The notes under the pieces: model-generated
The model's database searches: none
What the model was told of the DNA's origin: nothing
Seen by the model: only the letters and a program-made list of their open reading frames with translations
Assembly (NCBI GenBank): GCA_963836235.1
Contig: CAWIIP010000004.1
Span: forward strand, 889,725-953,724
DNA length: 64,000 bases
From: an uncultured Pseudomonadota bacterium
Lineage (GTDB): Bacteria; Oederibacteriota; Muellerivitia; Muellerivitales; Muellerivitaceae
Reading direction: 5' to 3'
Shown: piece after piece, positions 59,555 to 64,000 of the stretch
Position numbering within the stretch: position 1 is the stretch's first letter
How the letters are laid out: each line of letters begins with the position of its first letter
Position numbers and translations under genes: made by a program

Positions 59555-59670
59555 TTAACCACCAAGGCACCAAGGGCACCAAGAACGGCGAAAGACAAAT
59601 AATTTTGATATGTTGGAAAACCAATCTTGTTTTTTGCTTTTCTTCGTGCCCTTCGTGTCTTCGTGGTTAA
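59555..59670. repeat. ~120-bp palindromic element, copy 2
   Basis: Arms 59555-59585 and 59640-59670 (31 nt). The spacer start is homologous to copy 1. Confidence 0.9.
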
Positions 59671-59712
59671 TAGATGTTTTGAGCTTTTAACGAAATAACG
59701 AAAGAACTGAAA

Positions 59713-62376
59713 ATGGACAACCCAAAAGAAACCGAACTGCCTTCCGCTTACGAACCTAAAAGCGTGGAGGGACGCTGGTACAAGCAATGGGAAGAATCGG
59801 GCCTTTTCAAGGCCTCCCAAGAATCCTCGAAACCGCCTTTTTCCATGGTCATGCCCCCGCCCAACGTGACGGGAAGCCTTCACATGGGCCATGCCTTGAA
59901 CGACACCCTTCAGGATTTGGTGGCCCGCTACAAGCGCATGCAGGGCTTCAACGTCCTTTGGCTTCCGGGGGTGGACCACGCCGGCATCGCCACCCAAAAT
60001 GTGGTGGAGCGGGTTTTGAGGAAGGAAGGCAAAAGCCGCCACGACTTGGGGCGGGAAGCCTTTATCGCTAAGGTTTGGGAATGGAAGGAAAAATACGGGG
60101 CCACCATCAACCAGCAGATCCGCAAAATGGGCGCCTCCTGTGACTGGAGCCGCGAGCGTTTTACCCTGGACGAGGGCCTATCCCAGGCCGTGCGGGAAGT
60201 TTTCATCACCCTCTACAACGAAAAGCTGATCTACCAGGACTATTACCTCATCAACTGGTGCCCCCGCTGTCAGACCGCCCTCTCGGATATCGAGGTGGAA
60301 CACAAACCGGTCCACGGCAATTTCTACCACATCCGCTATCCCTTCGCCCATGACCCTTCCCAGGGCCTGGAAGTGGCCACCACCCGGCCCGAAACCCTCC
60401 TGGGGGATACGGCGGTGGCCGTCCATCCCGAGGATGAACGTTACGCGGGATTAGGGGGCAAATCGGTCACCCTACCCCTGGTGAACCGGTCGATCCCCAT
60501 CGTTATGGATACCTATGTGGACAAGGAATTCGGCACCGGCGTGGTGAAGATTACCCCCGCCCACGACTTCAACGACTTTCAGGTGGGCAATCGCCACAAG
60601 CTTCCCCGCATCAATATCCTGAATCCAGATGGGACCCTCAACGAAAACGCGGGCCCCTACCAGGGAATGGACCGTACCGCCGCGCGCAAAAAGATCGTGG
60701 CCGACCTGGAGGCCCTGGGCCTTCTCCTGAAGGTGGAGCCCCACGAGCACAATGTGGGCCATTGTTACCGTTGCGGAACCATCCTGGAGCCCTACTATTC
60801 CAAACAATGGTTCGTGCGCATGAAGCCCCTGGCCGAACCCGCCTTGAAGGCTGTGGCCGAGGGCAAAACCAAATTCGTCCCCGAAATGTGGCGGGGAGAG
60901 TTCGAGAGATGGCTGAACAATATCCAGGATTGGTGCATCAGCCGCCAAATCTGGTGGGGCCACCGCATCCCCGTTTATAACTGCCTCTCCTGCCAGCATC
61001 AAATTGCCGCCGCCGAAAAACCCGCCTCTTGCCCCAAGTGCAAGGGCACTGAATGGGAACAGGACCCGGACGTGCTGGACACCTGGTTTTCCTCGGGCCT
61101 CTGGCCCTTTTCCACGCTCGGATGGCCTGACAAGGGCAGTAAGGACCTCCAAATTTTCTATCCCACCTCGGTCATGGTCACCAGCTGGGACATTATTTTC
61201 TTCTGGGTGGCCCGCATGATGATGATGGGGCTGAAATTCATGGGCGAGGTTCCTTTCCGGGAAGTTTACATGTATTCGCTTGTGGCCGACGAGGACGGGA
61301 AGAAGATGAGCAAGTCCAAGGGCAATGTGGTGGACCCGCTCGAATTGATCGAAAAATTCGGCACCGACGCCCTGCGCTTTACCCTCACCAGCATCGAGAC
61401 TAAACAGCGTTACGTGGCGCTGACGCCGCAAAAGCTGGAATCCTCCCGGAATTTCGTGAACAAACTTTATAACGCCACCCGGTTCGTCCTCATGGGGCTG
61501 GCGGATGGCACTGAAGTGAATGGGCTTTCCAAGGAAGACCATTCCAAACTGAAATTGGAAGACCGTTGGATTTTGACCCGGCTTTCCCAGGTGGTCGGGG
61601 AAGTCACCAAAGATTATGAGAAATACCGGGTGGCCGAATTGTCCCAAACCCTTTACCGCTTCGTTTGGAACGAGTTTTGTGATTGGTACCTGGAATGCAT
61701 CAAGCCCCGGCTTTACGCCGCGGCCAATTCCGACGAAAAAAAACTGGCCGCCTCGGTCTTCGTGACGGTCTTGAACGGGGTGTTGAGGCTCCTGCATCCG
61801 GTCATGCCCTTCGTCACGGAAGAACTTTGGCATAAGCTTCCCGGGTTCATGGAAACCATCATGAAGGCCGCCTGGCCTAAGGAAGGGGACTATCCCACGG
61901 AGGATTCGTCGCTGGGGGCCTTTTCCACCCTGCAAGAAATCATCACGGCCATTCGAACCAGCCGAAGCGAACTGAATGTGCCGCCCTCGGCCCAAGTGAA
62001 GGTTTCCACCAAAGGCGAGGGGGTGAAATTCGACCCCTCTTCCCAACAAGCCGCCCTGCTGAAGACCCTGTGCCGGGTGAGCGATTTGTCCGAAGCCACA
62101 CAAAGGCCCGCCAAGTCGGCCTTGGCGGTGGTGAAAGGCGGGGAAGTCTATCTCCACTTGGAAGGGCTCATTGATTTGAAAGCCGAAGCCGCCAAACAGC
62201 AAAAGGAACGGGAAAAGCTGGCCAAGTATGCCCAAGCCATCGAGGGAAAATTGAAGAACGAACAATTCGTGAAGAACGCCCCGGAGGAGTTGGTGGATGG
62301 CGAAAAGGCCAAGCTTCAGGAAACGAAGGATAAGATTGGCCGTATTGATAGCAATTTAAAGTTTCTAGAAAGTTGA
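59713..62376 (+). CDS. valS: Valine--tRNA ligase
   Basis: [38 protein letters not shown] and a C-terminal coiled coil. Confidence 0.99.
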   Translation: MDNPKETELPSAYEPKSVEGRWYKQWEESGLFKASQESSKPPFSMVMPPPNVTGSLHMGHALNDTLQDLVARYKRMQGFNVLWLPGVDHAGIATQNVVERVLRKEGKSRHDLGREAFIAKVWEWKEKYGATINQQIRKMGASCDWSRERFTLDEGLSQAVREVFITLYNEKLIYQDYYLINWCPRCQTALSDIEVEHKPVHGNFYHIRYPFAHDPSQGLEVATTRPETLLGDTAVAVHPEDERYAGLGGKSVTLPLVNRSIPIVMDTYVDKEFGTGVVKITPAHDFNDFQVGNRHKLPRINILNPDGTLNENAGPYQGMDRTAARKKIVADLEALGLLLKVEPHEHNVGHCYRCGTILEPYYSKQWFVRMKPLAEPALKAVAEGKTKFVPEMWRGEFERWLNNIQDWCISRQIWWGHRIPVYNCLSCQHQIAAAEKPASCPKCKGTEWEQDPDVLDTWFSSGLWPFSTLGWPDKGSKDLQIFYPTSVMVTSWDIIFFWVARMMMMGLKFMGEVPFREVYMYSLVADEDGKKMSKSKGNVVDPLELIEKFGTDALRFTLTSIETKQRYVALTPQKLESSRNFVNKLYNATRFVLMGLADGTEVNGLSKEDHSKLKLEDRWILTRLSQVVGEVTKDYEKYRVAELSQTLYRFVWNEFCDWYLECIKPRLYAAANSDEKKLAASVFVTVLNGVLRLLHPVMPFVTEELWHKLPGFMETIMKAAWPKEGDYPTEDSSLGAFSTLQEIITAIRTSRSELNVPPSAQVKVSTKGEGVKFDPSSQQAALLKTLCRVSDLSEATQRPAKSALAVVKGGEVYLHLEGLIDLKAEAAKQQKEREKLAKYAQAIEGKLKNEQFVKNAPEELVDGEKAKLQETKDKIGRIDSNLKFLES

Positions 62377-62379
62377 AAT

Positions 62380-63228
62380 TTGAAACTCCCTAAACTTAAC
62401 ACCCGCCCGCTTCTCCCTCTGCTCAAGCAAGCCTTGCAAGAGGATGGTGCTTTCCACGACCGCACGACTTTCGCGACCATCGCCCCCGGCCTCAAGGCCC
62501 ATGGCGAAATCCTGGCCAAGGCGGAAGGGGTTTTGGCGGGATTGCCGGTCATCGAGCAGGTATTCAAGCTTCTCGATAAGCGATGCCGGGTGAAGGCCCT
62601 GGTGAAAGAGGGGGCCAAAGTCCGCAAGGGTACGAAGGTCGCCCGGTTGGAGGGTTTGGCCCGGCCGCTTCTTTCAGGGGAGAGAGTAGCCCTTAATCTC
62701 TTGAGCCGCCTTTCCGGGGTGGCTACCCTGACCCGCCAATTCGCTGATCTGGTCAAAGGCCCGCGTCTTTACGACACCCGCAAAACCACCCCCCTTTGGC
62801 GTACCCTGGAACGTTACGCCGTCCGGGTAGGCGGGGGCCAAAACCACCGCTTCAACTTGGCCGGGCATGTGCTTATCAAGGACAACCACTTGAGCCTAGG
62901 GGGAGGGGTCTATGCCTGCGTCCAGGCCGCCCGGAAGAAGTATGGGCCCAAGGAATTCATCGAGGTGGAAGTGGAGAACTTTGAACAGGCTTCCGAGGCC
63001 CTCCGGGCGGGGGCCGATATCATCCTGGTGGATAACGCCGATCCCCGGGCTTTTCATCGAATTCTGGGGCTGGTAAGGGGCAAAATGCAGGTGGAAACCT
63101 CCGGCGGCCTGACCCTCCAAAACATCAAGAAATACTCCCGCCTGCCGGTCGACCGCTTTTCCTCGGGCGCCTTGACCCATTCGGCCCCCTCCCTCGACTT
63201 CTCCATCGAGCTTTACCCAATCCCCTAA
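62380..63228 (+). CDS. nadC: Quinolinate phosphoribosyltransferase NadC
   Basis: ERVALN, DTRKT, HR..L...VLIKDNH, EVEV, DN, ETSGG and GALTHS. Confidence 0.96.
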   Translation: MKLPKLNTRPLLPLLKQALQEDGAFHDRTTFATIAPGLKAHGEILAKAEGVLAGLPVIEQVFKLLDKRCRVKALVKEGAKVRKGTKVARLEGLARPLLSGERVALNLLSRLSGVATLTRQFADLVKGPRLYDTRKTTPLWRTLERYAVRVGGGQNHRFNLAGHVLIKDNHLSLGGGVYACVQAARKKYGPKEFIEVEVENFEQASEALRAGADIILVDNADPRAFHRILGLVRGKMQVETSGGLTLQNIKKYSRLPVDRFSSGALTHSAPSLDFSIELYPIP

Positions 63229-63254
63229 GTCTTCGGTAGCGACTCATTTTAGGT

Positions 63255-63305
63255 GTCATTGCGAGGCCCAGCCCCAATCGGGGCGATTTGGGCTGTGGCA
63301 ATCTC
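63255..63305 (+). repeat. REP/RPE-like short palindromic element
   Basis: GTCATTGCGAGG...GTGGCAATCTC ends enclosing GCCCA/TGGGC and GCCCC-AATC-GGGGC stems. Confidence 0.55.
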
Positions 63306-63340
63306 AGGTTTTTGCTTTCCACCTACCCCCATCGAATCGT

Positions 63341-63762
63341 GTAGTGCATAAACTCCTTATTTTTCGTGTTCAGCGGCTGAACATCAAAAATAAGGCTTTT
63401 TGCAATATTCTCCCGATGGCGGGTTCTAGCGCCAAGTTCCCCTTCAAAGTGTTCGCACTGCGAACACTTAAACCCAAAGCCCCTATCGCCTACCCCCAAG
63501 GCTCCCGTGCCATTTACCCCAATGGGCGGTCCGAGGGGGCTTCGTGGCGCGGTTGTACCCTCGAGCCTTTGATTTTATGAAAATTTCATAAAACGGACTT
63601 TTTATAACAGGCTCAAAAACCCTCGGTTTTTGATGGGCCGGAATGAGGTCTGGATTTATGCCGTCGGCATAAATATGGACCCCGTCAGACTGGGCCGAAA
63701 GAACCCCTTTTTTCAGGGTTCATCTTGAGGTTTAAATTTATGCCGTCGGCATAAAATAGAGC
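63341..63762. repeat. Array of odd-centred palindromes (two TGTTC-N7-GAACA, three TTTATG-N7-CATAAA)
   Basis: Centres at 63375, 63458, 63583, 63664 and 63746. Confidence 0.85.
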
Positions 63763-63890
63763 CAGATGGCCTCTGAAGCAGGACTGTTTGGTCCGGATGA
63801 GGGCACACATAATAAAGTGAACTTGAGCCGGGGGGCTTTTTCAAAGACCCCCTTGGGCTTGATTTCAGATTAAAACCCGGATAAATTTAA

Positions 63891-63909
63891 GTATGATAAA
63901 TCATCATAC
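63891..63909. promoter_or_regulatory. Candidate autoregulatory operator
   Basis: GTATGAT-N5-ATCATAC immediately before the GGAGG RBS. Contains a TATGAT -10-like hexamer. Confidence 0.6.
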
Positions 63910-63920
63910 CGGAGGTAAAG

Positions 63921-64000
63921 ATGTCCACGGCCAAAATTGCTATCACCATCGACGAAAAAATCCTAAAAACAATCGACCAACTGGTTGAAAAACATGTTTA
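63921..64000 (+). CDS. CopG/ribbon-helix-helix protein, probable antitoxin (3'-truncated; not in the ORF track)
   Basis: GGAGG RBS; MSTAKIAITIDEKILKTIDQLVEKHV... is a typical RHH beta-strand plus helix. Confidence 0.8.
   Translation, partial: MSTAKIAITIDEKILKTIDQLVEKHV

Noticed and set aside
59546-59712. T-box riboswitch upstream of valS
   Set aside because: No GGTGGNACCGCG T-box sequence or terminator/antiterminator. The region is occupied by the palindromic element.
60472-62265. 597-aa antisense ORF
   Set aside because: Shadow of GC-rich valS codons on the opposite strand; no recognisable motifs.
63344-63580. 78-aa ORF
   Set aside because: No RBS or motif, and it runs through palindromic non-coding structure.
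63573-63756. CRISPR array
   Set aside because: Only two near-identical ~20-30-bp units, ~60-bp gaps that are themselves palindromic, and no cas genes in the window.
63573-63756. dif/XerCD or parS sites
   Set aside because: Half-site orientation is opposite to dif (CATAA-N6-TTATG), and length and sequence do not match the 16-bp parS.

Overview
Nearly all genes are on the + strand (the only credible exception is a truncated globin). The source is a diderm, flagellated bacterium. Bases 1-31.5 kb hold a large flagellar cluster: fliQ-fliR-flhB-flhA-flhF-flhG-orf-fliA-fapA-swrB-like-fliK-C-like-flhB-C-like, then two PorV/PorQ-type barrel genes, then flgF-flgG-flgA-flgH-flgI-flgJ-yvyF-flgM-flgN-flgK-fliK-flgD-TIGR02530-flgE-kelch lipoprotein-flbD. 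Two clear sigma28-type promoters lie in this cluster. At 31.8-35.4 kb there is a T9SS-CTD-like cargo protein plus two more PorV-like barrels, then tRNA-Phe. The rest is housekeeping: PMM/PGM, rlmH, dinG, ruvB, an MCP, a GldA/F/G-like ABC module, tatC, fsa, spoIID, queA, tgt, accA, amidase-GerMN, valS and nadC. A palindrome-dense non-coding block and the start of an RHH protein gene end the window. The most notable signals are: (1) a covarying two-hairpin RNA-like motif in the leaders of both flgG and flgE, the latter right behind a TIGR02530 protein that has an RNase-fold-like motif; (2) a GxxExxY nuclease gene looped out by 33-bp inverted repeats, plus two related gene-less ~120-bp stem elements, one apparently translated into a signal peptide; (3) a regularly spaced array of odd-centred palindromes at 63.3-63.8 kb; (4) PorV-family fusion genes embedded in the flagellar operon. 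All calls come from motif recognition and hand alignment. No database search was run.
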